From: Magallana gigas
Taxonomy: Eukaryota
Direction of reading: 5' to 3'
Length of the DNA: 64,000 nucleotides
NCBI RefSeq assembly: GCF_963853765.1
Contig: NC_088857.1
Span: 12,648,001 to 12,712,000 of the forward strand
Part shown: positions 63,614-64,000 of the stretch, piece by piece
Layout of the letters: the number at the start of each line of letters is the position of its first letter
How positions within the stretch are numbered: the first letter of the stretch is position 1
Translations under genes and position numbers: made by a program
The notes under the pieces: generated by a model
The model's database searches: none
Told to the model about the DNA's origin: nothing
Seen by the model: only the letters and a program-made list of their open reading frames with translations

Positions 63614-63771
63614 GTAAGACTTGCCATTGTACTGTACGCGCTCAGGTAAGACTCGCAACTACCATTGTACTGAATGCCACTCAGGTAAGACTCGCCACTG
63701 CCATTGTACTGAGCGCCACTCAGGTAAGACTCGCTACCACACCTGTACGGTACGCTTCTCAGGTAAGACTA
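63580..63771 (+). repeat. 39-bp minisatellite made of the PDSS1 exon end plus its splice donor (5 copies)
   Basis: The unit is actcgccactgcccctgtactgtacgccgctcaggtaag. CAG/GTAAG recurs with GT at 63614, 63646, 63685, 63724 and 63763. Confidence 0.95.
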
Positions 63772-64000
63772 GCACAGCTCTGAAGTAGAAGCCACTCCTT
63801 AGCAGTAGGAGTAAAATGTCCTTGAGATGACAACAAACAGCATTCTAAATTTACCCGAAGATATGATCAACATAATATTTTACTTTTTAGATAACAACCA
63901 CTCATATAATTTATCATAGTTACAGTTGTAATTATCTTATTAAAAGTGTGCTCTGATCTGAAATACAGGGTCCAGTTATCTTAGCTCAATTGCTCTTGTA

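Overview
AT-rich, intron-rich eukaryotic DNA. The repeat landscape and gene style suggest a bivalve mollusc, probably an oyster (inference). The ORF track is mostly exon fragments or noise, so I rebuilt genes by hand from GT-AG sites and reading-frame continuity. From left to right: (1) three tandem minus-strand paralogues of an uncharacterised single-pass membrane protein (1.0-14.8 kb), largely missed by the ORF track; (2) an 18-exon minus-strand cadherin-repeat membrane protein with a non-cadherin N-terminal domain; (3) PDIA6 (+), divergent from it, with ER-stress-like promoter motifs; (4) CCDC43 (-) head-to-head with (5) LIPT1 (+); (6) a 12-exon minus-strand coiled-coil protein resembling the Bfr1/PPI1 family; (7) PDSS1 (+), running off the right edge. 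Three housekeeping-gene introns each carry a Helentron-type non-autonomous element (HINE-like) with its own internal tandem array (180, ~590 and ~172 bp units). There are also several MITEs, tRNA-derived SINEs, palindromes, a splice-donor minisatellite in PDSS1 and two assembly gaps. No rRNA, true tRNA or CRISPR array is supported.
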